Made by a program: the position numbers and the translations under genes. Positions 48,238 to 61,100 of a stretch of DNA of 64,000 bases are shown here, piece after piece; position 1 is the stretch's first letter; each line of letters opens with the position of its first letter. The DNA comes from Styela clava (taxonomy: Eukaryota), in assembly GCF_964204865.1 (NCBI RefSeq), contig NC_135263.1, forward strand, positions 18,228,001-18,292,000, given 5' to 3'. The notes beneath the pieces were generated by a model, which saw only the letters and a program-made list of their open reading frames with translations, did no database searches and was not told the origin of the DNA.

Positions 48238-49334
48238 CAGGGGTGTCAAACTCGTGAGTTTTCAAGGGCCGCATTGCATTTTGGGAATTGTGCAAAGGGC
48301 CGCAAACAGCTTTTGATATATTATGATAATGTATACTTAACTTAATAGCATATTTTTAGATATGTGTAGTTTGTGACATATATTGTGATGCAATTAAATA
48401 ACCGAATAAAGTTTTGGTATTTTCTAAAATTTCAAATGGCATTTACATATTAATTTCTTGGTATTTTACTATTATTGCAAATTTCTTTATTATAAAAATC
48501 CAAGTTTTTTTTAAATCCAACTACCCGAAACATTTTTGAACAAAGATTTGATAAAAAAAAATAATACATAATAAAAATGACTCAACCTAAATATATACCC
48601 CTAAAATACTAACGAATAAACTCAATGTTTTTCATTACATATGTCCTGACGTTTGGCATCTCTTTTGTACCACCAGCTTACTAATATCGGGCTGAAATGA
48701 TTTTACAATACCAACTCTAATTAACGGGGTCACATGATTATCGGTTATACTGTTAACAAAAGTAATGACTGACTTTTCGGACCATACATTTCCCACCACA
48801 TTGCCTACCATTGGCACCACGTGGCATATGACCGCTTGGGTTATGATTTATATATATTGACTTTTAGTAACTAGGTAGTTGTTTAATTATAATAATATAT
48901 ATATAAACACATAAAAATATTCTATTCCAAGTTGATCTTCAAATTTGTCATATTGACTGCTGAGCTTATTCTGATATTGTCTACTTATATTGTATTCTTT
49001 CATTGTGCTGATAGAAATGCGCCAAATTGAACAATGTGCTTTAGAATTTTAAAAAATACAGAAATTTTGCAACCCCCTTTTTTGAAAATGCTACTTTATT
49101 CGTGTTCTTTTTTGCTAGCTTGAAGTGTATCCATAATTGGGTCAAATTGAAAACAAACAAAAAAATTAATTTTTCAAAACTACTTTCTGTAAATTGTCCT
49201 TTTTTTGTGTGAATAATAAATTAGATGAAAAAAAAACTTACAAAATATTACAATTATTGTTAAGCGTTCGAGGGCCGCATTGGAAATTCTCTGGGGCCGC
49301 ATGCGGCCCGCGGGCCGCATGTTTGACACCCCTG
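48238..49334. mobile_element. hAT (Charlie-like) non-autonomous element
   Basis: TIR CAGGGGTGTCAAAC..GTTTGACACCCCTG; perfect 8-bp TSD CTCTATAG at 48230-48237 and 49335-49342; GCGGCCCGCGGGCCGC subterminal palindrome. Confidence 0.93.
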
Positions 49335-49349
49335 CTCTATAGCCATTGA

Positions 49350-49580
49350 GGTGTATATAACTAGAGTGCGCATTGGCGGCTCTAGACGTTTGCGATTTTG
49401 TATAGCTCTGATTACATATTTACGCTCTGATACATCTGCAAAATTTAGTTTTAGGTTCATAGGTCAGAATTTTTTGTTTTGTTTACAACTGATGGTGCAA
49501 TCATTCTTCTACACGGGCCGCTCAGTTACGAGCTTATTGATTTTTTGAGGCTTCCAGTAAAAGGAACCGTAAGTCTGTAA
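49350..49580 (+). promoter_or_regulatory. Probable GHITM promoter / non-coding first exon
   Basis: CpG-richer; CCAAT (ATTGG) at ~49372; GTAAGT donors at ~49569 and ~49577; AG acceptor at 51141-51142 just before the ATG. Confidence 0.5.
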
Positions 49581-49847
49581 GTAGTCAACATGACCTGTGC
49601 CGTACCGGTAATTGCTGAATTGCCGTGTTCTAAATACAGAAATAGGCTATACGGTACCGGTACCGGTCTGGAATAGACTGATAGACGAATAGGTACCGGT
49701 ACCAGTCCATCTTTTCAGATGCATGGAAATTACCGTATCGTTTGGTCATAGAATAAACACTTGCCACTCGCTCCAGCGCTCTTGGATGTACCGTACCTAC
49801 TACGGTACCGGTATATCTTAGAAAATTCGCTCAGAAACAGAGTGGAA

Positions 49848-50308
49848 GTGGTGACTCCTCTACGGCCCATGGGCCGGGGCCACGGCCCATCGAAATGGGC
49901 CTCGGCCCATCAAGTTGTGTGAAGGGATAAAATAATGAATACTAATAAATTTGTAAATCCTACCCACTCCCCGAACTCATAATAGAACTATAACTGTATA
50001 ATGTGAAATATATGAACAAAATTTTGTCCTAACCCTAACCTGGTACACATACTTTCAGACTTTAGGTGTATCCTTTTCTGTAGCTTGGTATTTTGCTTTA
50101 TTTTTATGTATAGGCTTATTGTAAGAAAAAGGTTTGGTGGCATCACACGATTTTTTTTTGGTTCGAATATTGACAATTTTGTAAAAATTGAAAATTTTGG
50201 TAAGATAGATGAATTTTTCTGATGGGCCGCGACCCATAGCTTGATGGGCCACGGCCCATGTGGCCCAATTAGATGGGCCGTGGCCTTGGCCCATAGAGGA
50301 GTCACCAC
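49848..50308. mobile_element. MITE with GGCCCAT-rich TIRs
   Basis: GTGGTGACTCCTCTA ... TAGAGGAGTCACCAC; subterminal GGCCCAT/ATGGGCC repeats. Confidence 0.82.
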
Positions 50309-51182
50309 CCCTGTAGCAGAAACAGTCGGTGCGACACAGTTCTGCAACTTAATTTTTGCAATATTCAGATATTATTCTGTTATTTGTTGTAAACCGACTA
50401 AACATAAAATGAAAAGATATAAAAAATCAGAGAACTCAATCTCCTGATCTCTGCTTAATGTTTTTTAGCTTTTTTTATTTCAAGTTCAAATTAGTATACT
50501 GTGTCATCGGAAAGCCAGATCTGTCTATTGGCATTGCTGTAATGAGAATAAACACTTACAATACCAGAATAGACTACTGCAATATCCTGATATCTGAATA
50601 TACAGATATAGGCTACAGTACCTGTAGACTATACAATATCGGTAACCGGATTAGAGGTCATTGAATGCCATATGACAGTACAGCAGTATGATTAGGCCGT
50701 CTTAACGACTTTCCTCTTCCCCAGGCTAAATATGAAAATCGTCAATGCGCACATCTTATGTAATTCATCATTGAATTTCCAAAGAAACTTAATATATGAC
50801 ATTCGCCTCAGATTCCATACATATCCCATTCATATTGATCTGTGTATAATAATTGAATATTTGAGGTGTTATTTGATTTTTACGAGCTTGCTTTCAAATC
50901 CATGCCAAGACTGAAAAATACCGCTGCTTGTTTTGAGTGATTGAGCTAATAATAGTTATAAAGCTATAGCTTGTGCTTTTGAGGTGAACACTAGTACGGT
51001 ATCCACCACCATGGTTTGCCCACTTTCTAATCTAACAATGAAAATGGTGATAAATAAGCTGTTTTCACTGATATATCTTTGTGTATGTATAATTCTGCCG
51101 GATAAAGTTTTTATATAATCTAATGATAAGTACAGTTTACAGGACTACATTTGTGTAAGCAGCAGGTAGACTATATGAAACA

Positions 51183-52220
51183 ATGATTGTTCGGGTTCTT
51201 CCATTAGTATCTAATATCAGTGCCAGACACTTTTGTGGTGTGAAAAATGTTGTATCATCAAAATCAAGCCTATCTGCTATGCGATGTGTTCTTCAAGATA
51301 CAGGTTCATCTACAAAGTTTGTCACAAGAACATTTACCACAGCACAGAAGTTGGGAGCGAGGGGCGGAAGAGCTTCTTTTGTATCTCAGAAGGTTTCTGT
51401 TGGGGGAACTACTGCCATTACTGTGGGGCAGCTTGGACTAGCTGGAGCATCTGCATTAGGAATCGGAGCTCTATGTTACTATGGCCTGGGTTTAGGAAAT
51501 GAAGCAGGCATTATTGATAAGGCAGCAATGTGGCCAAAATATGTTCGGGATAGAGTTAAAGATACATATTTATACTTTGGGGCGTCACTTGGAGCTACTG
51601 CTGCAACAGCTTTAGCCATAGCTAAAAATCCTACAGCTATGAGAATTGTTTCAAGTAATGGAATCATGGCAATGGTACTATCCATTGGTGCAATGATCGG
51701 TACATCAGTAATATGTCGAAGCATTGCATATGAGCCAGGGTTTGGTTCAAAACAGCTTGCATGGCTATTGCACACTGCGGTAGTAGGTGCTGTCATTGCA
51801 CCAATCACTATTCTTGGTGGCCCACTCCTGATGAGGGCTGCTTGGTACACTGCTGGAGTTGTTGGTGGTTTGTCCACAGTGGCAATGTGTGCACCTAGTG
51901 AAAAATTTCTTACAATGGGTGGTCCTTTAGCTGCAGGACTTGGTGTCGTATTTGTTGCTAGCTTGGGATCTGCATTTTTTCCACCCACAGGAGCACTGGG
52001 AATGAGTTTGTACTCCATATCTGTTTATGGTGGCTTGGTATTGTTTGGAGCATTCTTACTGTATGACACACAAAAAATTGTCAAAGCAGCAGAATCCCAT
52101 CCAAATTATGCAGCCAGACCTTTTGATCCTGTGAACGCATCAATGAGTATATATATGGATGCCATAAACATTTTTATTCGAATTGCAATGATGTTAGCAG
52201 GTGGTAACAGAAAGAAATAA
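51183..52220 (+). CDS. GHITM: Growth hormone-inducible transmembrane protein (TMBIM5/MICS1), single coding exon
   Basis: GALCYYGLG..WPKYVRDRV..TYLYFGAS, RAAWYTAGVVGGLSTVAMCAPSEKFLTMGGPL, FLLYDTQK, DPVNASMSIYMDAINIFIRIA..GGNRKK; AATAAA at ~52316. Confidence 0.97.
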   Translation: MIVRVLPLVSNISARHFCGVKNVVSSKSSLSAMRCVLQDTGSSTKFVTRTFTTAQKLGARGGRASFVSQKVSVGGTTAITVGQLGLAGASALGIGALCYYGLGLGNEAGIIDKAAMWPKYVRDRVKDTYLYFGASLGATAATALAIAKNPTAMRIVSSNGIMAMVLSIGAMIGTSVICRSIAYEPGFGSKQLAWLLHTAVVGAVIAPITILGGPLLMRAAWYTAGVVGGLSTVAMCAPSEKFLTMGGPLAAGLGVVFVASLGSAFFPPTGALGMSLYSISVYGGLVLFGAFLLYDTQKIVKAAESHPNYAARPFDPVNASMSIYMDAINIFIRIAMMLAGGNRKK

Positions 52221-52390
52221 ACAGATGTAATATTTTGTACATTATTATATACTACATCAAACTTTGCGCATTTTGACGTTTATATCTAGAGTTAAGCTGA
52301 GTGTTTCTGGACATCAATAAAAAATGATAATGATCTTAATTTAAAACATTAGTTGTCTGTGTTCAACAAATATAATATATCAACGAAAAT

Positions 52391-52850
52391 TTACTAGAAT
52401 TTAATTCTTTAACCCAGATATGATATGGTTACATTTGGTGTGCTTTTCAACATTGATACTAAGGTTATCACCAGCTTATCTGTATCGGACAGAGCCTTGG
52501 CTGTTTTATATTGAAAATGATAATTTATTCCAAACTCTCCTTAAGTCGTGGTTCCTAACTAGGGGACCACATTATACTAGGGCACAAATCAAGTTTAATG
52601 CATTTTTGTCTGCATAGGCTTTACTAGAATTTAATTCTTTAACCCAGATATGATATGGTTACATTTGGTGTGCTTTTCAACATTGATACTAAGGGCATTA
52701 CCAGCTTATCTGTATCGGACAGAGCCTTGGCTGTTTTATATTGAAAATGATAATTTATTCCAAACTCTCCTTAAGTCGTGGTTCCTAACTAGGGGACCAC
52801 ATAATACTAGGGCACAAATCAAGTTTAATGCATTTTTGTCTGCATAGGCT
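52391..52850. repeat. 230-bp near-perfect tandem duplication 3' of GHITM
   Basis: 52391-52620 and 52621-52850 differ at only a few bases. Confidence 0.95.
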
Positions 52851-54068
52851 ACTTTTCACTTAAAACGAAATTCCCTGTTCTCCGTAGTTTCATTACCTTG
52901 AAATATTATTTCAAGTCACAGTGTGTTTGGATCTTATGCATGGATTGCATGATCGACGGATTCAGAATAACAATATAAATACCTCTGTGCTCTGTGAATT
53001 CTAAACTTTGTAAATGTTTGTGTATTAAATGTGAACATTTTGACCTTCGGTTTGTTTTTATTATATACAATGAACAGTGGTAAAAAGTACATTTGAGTTT
53101 TTTGGAATGCTGAACACGCGTCAGGATGGGGTCCAATAAGCGGGAACCACTGCCCTCTGGAATAAAAGTGACAAGGCAGGACGCAAATACTAGAAACATG
53201 CCAATACTTCATTCGAATCAGGTTCAAAACACGAGACTTAAGAATACTCTATATTGCATGACATGACATTCCCTCTGAACGAATTTCGGTCTTAGGGCTG
53301 TGGAGATATAATAGCGAATACTGCGACCATAGAATATCGTGTTTAGTTTTTATAAGAATAATATCACATTTTTTTCACAGGCTCTAAATGAGATATTCAT
53401 TTTATAATGAATATCGTATTTTTATTCTTAATTTAAGATGGCCCCGCGCAGCGGCGACGATAAACTTCGGAAGAAATGTAGCACATTGCGATCGTACTTA
53501 ATTTTTTATTGTATTTTCGTTAGTAACCGAGAATAGCGCGGCATTTTTCTTTTCTTGCAATTTACATTGTCCAAAAGTGTGTTTTGGAATGAACTTCCAG
53601 CTACGCATTTGGAACCAAATTTATGTTTGTAAATAATTGTGCGCATCGTCAGGAACTTCGATTTTGCCTTAAATTTCAATCATATCACACATGCCGTCCA
53701 TAACTGATGTAATATAGCAGGGGCGGTCAACACGTCGATCGCCACATCTCGAGTGGTCGATCGCGTCTGATGTTGAGTGCATTTAATAAAATACCCCAAA
53801 AAATAGCCGTGGACCAGTTTCATGCAGCACCTGTTGTATTTTTTAAAACAGGTCGAGCAGAGGAATGTGCATGCGCAAAATACGACATACACAACACATA
53901 CGGTATTTGAGTCTGCATGGGCAAGCCCGATAGAGCATATTATTACGTAACTAATGCAAGTTTCGCCGCTGCCAAGGTTTAGAAATGAACGTGCCGAATA
54001 ACGTGTGTCTTGACTGAGAAACGATCCTACAATAACTTCTGCAATATGCGAAAGTAATTGTCTCCAAG

Positions 54069-54480
54069 CAGTGGCGAAGCAAGACTCTCGTGGGCCCCCC
54101 CCCCCGCAAAATATTTCGTGGAAATGACCTTAAAAATTCTCGGACATAAGCTAAAACAACGCTTTTTTTATTTCGTCAAAAAGCATAACATGTCGCTCTT
54201 AAAAGGCAATGGTAACCTAAAATTTGCCGTTTATTTTGGTTACTTTAATTTTTTTCATACGTGCTTCTCTTCTGCCCTTTTTCTGCGTTTCTGTGCGCCA
54301 CTGAGAGGTTTTGCTTTCGACATCATTCTGACAGCCTTCGTAATTTTGCCGGTGCTATCAAACCAGAGAATGGCTCTGATCAAACCACTAGACGCCGATA
54401 ATCGATGACTCCCTGGCATTGCTACGTAACAAAACGATTTGAGCAGAACTAACATCAACTTTAACCCTTTCCGTGTGTCT
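54069..54480 (-). mobile_element. hAT-like fragment
   Basis: CAGTGGCG terminus at 54069; MSKAKPLSGAQKRRKR resembles hAT transposase N-termini. Confidence 0.45.
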
Positions 54481-55008
54481 GGTTGAGCTTTTGTTCTGGA
54501 CCTTGATTGGAAAAATTGAGTGAAACTCTTTATAAAAAGGAGTTCAAAATATATTCATATTTTAGCTCTATAGAATGTGTTATTATCAGATCCTACTTCT
54601 CGAATATTTATCCGACACGAACGGCACGGGGATAAACTATATGAAATGAGTCATTGAATACGTTGATACTGGATGTTCCCTTGTTCAAGACCTTGATTGG
54701 AGAAATTGGGTGAAACGCTTCATGTAAGGGGTTCAAAATATATTCATAATTTCTCTGGACTTTCAATGGTCGACAATCCGGGTATGTTGAACGGGAAGAA
54801 ATTTACATAAATAAATAATTGTATAAATCACTATTCTGTTAATTACTTGAAAATATTTGTATTCGATTGTTATTCAAATCGAATAAATTTACTTCACAGT
54901 TTTGCGTGTGTATAATTTTAACCTGGTGTTACAGAAGTATTGTCTATTGTCGACGACCATAAAGTAAGTGGTGAAGTACATGGACAAGGATTAAGCTTGA
55001 ATACTTAC

Positions 55009-56991
55009 TTGGAAGACATCCAAATACCGGTTTATTACAATCTTCTCTCTCACAGCAACATTTGCAGATGGTTCCCGGAATTTTAGGATTGCATTGGTAT
55101 GTATGCTTTCCTTTAGCATTCTGATATAAATGAATTTCTTAGTACTACTCCTTTCTGCAGGAGAAAAATCCTAATTTGATTGTATGATGGATATTCAAAA
55201 GAACATATAAATTCAAATAAATATACTGAACAGAAAACCCTGATGCTAAAGAAAAAAATTGAGACAAAACACTCTGGTAGCCCGTTTTCTTAAACATATT
55301 GAAAAGAGTAAGAGCAAGAAATATATCACAAAAGGCGACCATAGGAGACGAGAGTGAAGTGAAAAATAGTTATGTGCGTCAATGAAAAGATTGGACCTCT
55401 AGTCGTAAAATATTCATTAAATGCATAATGTAAAGAATTTATAAAAATTAAGACTAATTATGAACTAGGTATTCTGTGAAATGCGCTGAGAGAAGCAATG
55501 TATATTTTATTTATTACCTAGAACATTTTGCTGAAGGAAATTTGATTCAATGCCATAGAAAACATCTTACCTGAAATTCCTTATTGTCGTAATCAAGGTC
55601 TTGTTTGCATCTTTTTGTGATTCTGATTGGTGGAATTAAAGTCACCTTGATTTCGGAGTAGCACCCGCCCTTATAAAAAAACACAGATTGTATAAAGTGA
55701 GTACTCTAAACTAACAGGCTTATAATTATCGAAACGAATAATCTATATATGGAAGCAACGACTAAAATTAGAATTAAAATTCGTGTTGAAGCGTCCATAA
55801 AACATACTAGCATATAATCGTAATCATTCGTGACGTGCCTTTGTATCAAAGCATATATTAAAGTTGTGGTAGTGACTGAAACTCATCGATATTCAGATCA
55901 AATTTCATCACAAAAAGATAATTCAAACAGTTTTGTTGCATTGTACAACTAACTAACTCAAAGCAATTATTTTGGCAACTCTGGCACAAGATTGCATTAA
56001 AAGGGATATTTTATGAAGAATAAAATAAACATCTTGAAGTGGTAAGTCACAAATTAATTTGTCAAAATGATGTGAACTGAATATTCCTGTTTACCTGTTT
56101 ACTGACGTTAAACGCAAATTTATCGCTAAGGCTTTTGGGATTAATTCAGCATTTGGGCGTTTTAATTATATTGCACAAGGTCCATCGTGAAACTAGTAAA
56201 ATTTGTCTGATAGATTCGAATGAAACTGAATGATATACCTCTTTGCAACACTCGTGCGTTTAGGCCGAAACGCTGATGTCATATCCAATATATTTATTCA
56301 GAACTCCATATGTTATTATGTAGATATTTTGAATAAAACTGCGTCATATACGAATCAATGTAGAGAAGGGTCCGTCAACTGTGGACCGTTTGTCATATGC
56401 GACCCGTAAACAATTTTTTTTCGAACGTTCCTTTCGAAAGTGTTCATAACGGGAATTTTATTTAAGCATTGTTTAAAATCTATTGAAGTGATATATTCAA
56501 CAAACTTGTTGGCTGAATTTAAAGCTTTGGCCATCAAGCCCACAATGAATCAACACCATCCTTCACATAGATGAAAAGTAAATCAGAACATATTTTTTCT
56601 GTTGATTCTCAGCATAAACATACTTAATTGAAAAGAAAGTTTGTATTATAAAAGAAACCTGATATCAACGACGTATCTGTTATGTTATATAGGTTACCTT
56701 ATTTCTTAATATGATTTACGCCAACAACAACCAAATAATTTGCGTCAAAAACTGTGATAAATTGTTTTTTATCATATCTATTCAAAATAGACAATCACGG
56801 CTCGTCACGGTCCTGTTTATCTGAATGGGCAGCAAAAAAATATATTGTGAGACCAATAGAATTATTCAAAAAATTTGAAATATATACTTTGACAAAATTA
56901 CTTACATTCTCGCCATCGCATTCCACACTTTGTCCTCTATCAATGCAATCGTCATTCGACAAAGCTTTGTCACATTTCCAACATCTAACAG
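55009..56991 (-). pseudogene. Ly6/uPAR (three-finger)-like gene copy A; exons 2-4 intact, exon 1 and TATA missing
   Basis: Exons 56991-56906 (VRCWKCDKALSNDDCIDRGQSVECDGEN), 55669-55571 (GGCYSEIKVTLIPPIRITKRCKQDLDYDNKEFQ) and 55120-55009 (NAKGKHTYQCNPKIPGTICKCCCEREDCNKPVFGCLP); all GT-AG and in phase, with the CCxxxxCN signature. 3' end uncertain. Confidence 0.75.
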
Positions 56992-57705
56992 CTGTAAGAC
57001 GGAAATAGAAAGTAAACCTATTATAATTTACCCTTTACTGTGGCCTTATCTATCTACTTACCCTTATCTATCTGAACATTTCAACTCTTTCACAGTTTTT
57101 TGCAAGTTTCATCTGATAAATAAATAAAATCATTGTTTAAAATAATTCAACACAAATCAGTATGCATAAAATAAACATTATAATAAAGTACGATTTGGTT
57201 CAAATTTGTCGTTTAAATCCTATTCATCGAGCAAGCCAAAGGCAACAATTGCAATCCAATAAATATAATCGAATCGGTTCCAAAGACAAATCTATAGTAA
57301 AGTGATAAACCAATCTTTGAGCTTGCGATAAGTTGTCCTAGGAGAATGACTGTTTAATAATAATCTAAGCTCAAGATTGAATTGATTTTGGATTTGCTTC
57401 CATAAAACCATCATTAGTTATACAGAACGTAACTTCTGTAATAATTTGCATCAGTGACTTCTTACAGATAAATGGATTTGGTATTGTGTATCAGCGGATA
57501 ACCCAATTATTATTAAGTCTGTTTTACAAGTTGAGAAAAAAGAGTATTTTCTTTATCGAAAATATGTGTTTTTACCCGATCTTTTTTCCCATTTATAAAT
57601 TGAGAAGCAGAATAACTAATTGTGCGATGATTGTAATGACATGTCAGACTTCGTCGTATTATATCACCGCAAGACATAAACAATATATATTTTACTTTCA
57701 TGCCA

Positions 57706-58138
57706 TTAAGCTCTACACTTCAAATTATTCTTCCCATCTGTTAATAATCATATTTCCTGCAAATTATCTAGAAGATATGAAATAATACTGTTCAGTCTAC
57801 AAACAGGCCACTGTCGTTTGAACTATTATTATCTTCATAAGATCGGATTCCACGATAATGGACTTTGTGACACTTGCTTGGAAAACGGAACCGTCGAACA
57901 TTCAAAATCACATTGTCCCCGCCATGACTTCCCAAGATCATTTTCAATTAATCATTGTAAAGAACTGAATAAATGCCTCGTTAATCTTATTAACTTACTA
58001 ACAAATCTCAGAATTCAATCTTTTGTTATAGAATACGTCCTCATAACGGGTCGAAGCATTTGAACACCTAACGCGTAATATCATAGTTCTGGTGCACTAA
58101 ACTAAGCCAGTTAGAAGCACCAATAAAATAATAATAAT
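57706..58138 (+). mobile_element. LINE 3' end (I/Nimb-type CCHC tail) inserted in the left arm only
   Basis: LFSLQTGHCRLNYYYLHKIGFHDNGLCDTCLENGTVEH..HCP followed by an AATAAAATAATAATAAT tail; absent from the right arm (~61280). Confidence 0.8.
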
Positions 58139-61100
58139 CTAATCAAATTGTCAATAATTCTGTATCCTTGAGTTTGTATGCTGTTCCTATGCGACAAATT
58201 ATGGATGAATTTGGTTCATGGAATAGAGATTGAATTTTATGTTAAAACTTCAATAATCGACTCAAAGCCAGTGCTGGATATGGTACAGTACAATTGTCAG
58301 AGCGGCATGTAATCTTTAACCTTGATGAACAGACCATATCATGCTGCATGGTCGCACATTAGATAAATTAATGCTCTCAACATGTAGTAGAACAGCAATA
58401 CCTCAACAACATAATAATAATTCATAGCGAAATTTTATGTACCTAAGTATACCCAAAGATGAATCAAATTCCCCTGAGTGTATCAACTCCAGGGACCGCA
58501 CAGTATAATATTTTGAAACCTAGTTATTGACTAACATAATAGTTTTTAATCAACTTGGCAACTATTTATAAATCATTGACAAAGGAGTAAAGTACATCAC
58601 ATTCGTGTATGGGAAAAATAAAATAGCTTGACAGACTTTGTGTATGTATATTATTGCTTTAGCGCAAGGTATTTATGCAATTTCGCTGACATGATTTGTA
58701 AAACTGAATGTGACGAAACTGACGATCAAGTTGGAACCACTCTTACGCCAATGGACTATTTTTGTATAAAAAGTGTGGCAAGTTCACTTGTTTTTTTAAC
58801 AGAACCGAGTCCATACAGTTTCCGATTCCAAAATTTGCCCGCATGTTAACAGTAATTTGAATTTTTTGGTATGTCATCTTTGACGTAGCATAATAAAGTG
58901 TTAAATGAACTCAAATCTAGTTTAACAAGGTTCTTGATCCAGGACGAAATGGTGCAAAATAAGGAGTTGACGATCCCATCAATAGACGAATACGAAGAAC
59001 AATAATGTTTCGTTTTCAGACAGATGATCATGATCAATTATAGATGATGACATAATTTAGAATACGAACTCCTTCTTTTACTCAACAAAATTGAATAATT
59101 GCAGCATGCTGATATTATAAGCATTTGACGCCAAACTAGCCAGATTGCTTTTAGGATAATTGCGGCAAGGACGAGTTCCATTGTTCCCAGTAAAATAAAC
59201 CGTGAAACCCGTTGAGTTTAATGTCTTTCTGTTTCGTATTTAAATAAACCACAATCGTTAAATTCTTGCCAAGCCTGGAATAATCCTATTTCAGCAAATT
59301 GTACTTGATGAATAATAGATGTTTAATTGTTCCCAGGAAAGGAAACCTTAAAACCGTTACATCGAGCCTGGAATATTTGCGATATTACTTTTTTATGCGT
59401 ACGAGTGCAATGTCTTTTTGTTTCGTATTCAACTGAACGATACTCGTTAAATTCCTGCCAAGCCTGAAATAATCCGATTGCAGCCATTGGTAATTGTTGA
59501 TTAATAGATGTTAAATGTAAACAATGTACTTGAATTGTCATCAACTTAAAATGCCATAACTTGAAATGGTACTCCCGTTGTATGTGCAACAAGATGGCGG
59601 ACACCGGAACGTAGTATGTGTTTAAGGTTAGGCCATAATTTCAGGTACAAATACTACGGGAGTCACTTGGCTAGTCTCCGAACTTGTAATAGAAATAGAG
59701 TGAAAAAAATTAGCCGTAGGTGGAGAGGATTAACTTAAATTGGATATGATTTAATGGCTTTTTCAATGAATGTAATATTTTGTGTCCGTTTCAGTCAGAA
59801 AGTTATAATATAGAATGAACACGCCATCAGCATTCGGCTTATTTTACCCATCAAATCTTGACACACAAAAAGAGTTTGTGTTGGGACGAATGCTATACTA
59901 TACTTACTTTACGAAGAATTGATTTTTAGTCATTTAAATTGATCTGATGCGGTTTTATTCTACTTTCACCGGAGGCAATAAAACGTTTATTCCGTGACGT
60001 AATCGCGATGGTGGGCGTGAATGACTGGGAATTTCTCAATTTGTACCAAGTGGACTGTTATTTTCTCACTTGGTACGAAGAAATTAAAGGACTCAATCTT
60101 ATAGCATAGAATGAACGGCAAAACACGATTATTTGTAACGATATCTAATATGTAATTATGAATCTCTAAATAACGAATTACAGAGTCGCAATTTATAGCT
60201 CTTCAACCCACATACAGGAACATAGGAGATATATTATGATAAAGTGTCAGTAATATAGAAGGTATAGAAAAAAAATTGGTATTTCTTTAAGACCATTATT
60301 CTTGATACACTTTAGATGAATTCTTAAATTTCATCATTGCAATTTAGTCAGTCTTCATAAATATTGCTGAAGTTCTGCCCGATGTTCACTCTAGTAAAGT
60401 CAGCTGACATAAAGAAAAATCAAAATACTATTAACATGCGGGTCAATTTCGTAATCGGAAACTGTATGGCTCGATTCTGATCCGAAAACAAATGAATTAG
60501 CCCCAATTTTTATACAAAAAAAAAAAAAAAAATACTTTGGCGTAAGAATGGTTCCAACTTAAATCGTCCCATTCAGTTTTACAAATCATGTCAGTAAATT
60601 TTCAAATTAAAATCAATTGCGCTAAAGCGAAAATATACATATACAAAGGCTATCAAGTTATTTTATATGTCCCATGCACGAATGTGAGGTACTTTACTTT
60701 TTTGTCTTTTATTTATAAATAGTTGCTAGGTCGATGAAAAATATTATGTTGGTCAAATACTACTTTTCAAAATATGCATTATACTGTGCGGTCCCTGGAG
60801 GTGATACACCCGAGAAAAATTTGATTCATCTCTGGGTGTACTTGATCTATTGTTGTTCTACTACATGTTGAGATCATTAATTGTCTTATTTTATCTAATG
60901 TACTACCATGCAACCTGTGACTTGATTATCAAGATTAAAGATTACATTCTGACAACTGTGCTGCTGTACTGTCGTTCTGACAATTGTACTGCACGGGGGC
61001 ACGATAGATGATATGAGATGATAGAGCCAAAATAGTTGTCAGAAAAGTTAATAAAATCATTAAATGATCACTATGAATCGTGATTGAAAAATGTTATTCG

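Noticed and set aside
51479-52018. 179-aa antisense ORF within GHITM (and the antisense ORFs within KDM5 and WLS)
   Set aside because: Shadow ORFs caused by codon bias on the coding strand.
52420-52847. Two 65-aa paralogous ORFs
   Set aside because: By-product of the 230-bp tandem duplication; no coding signature.
55620-55700. Apparent CCAAT + GC-box + TATA promoter on the + strand
   Set aside because: It is the reverse complement of Ly6-like exon 3 and its splice acceptor, conserved as coding sequence in copy B.
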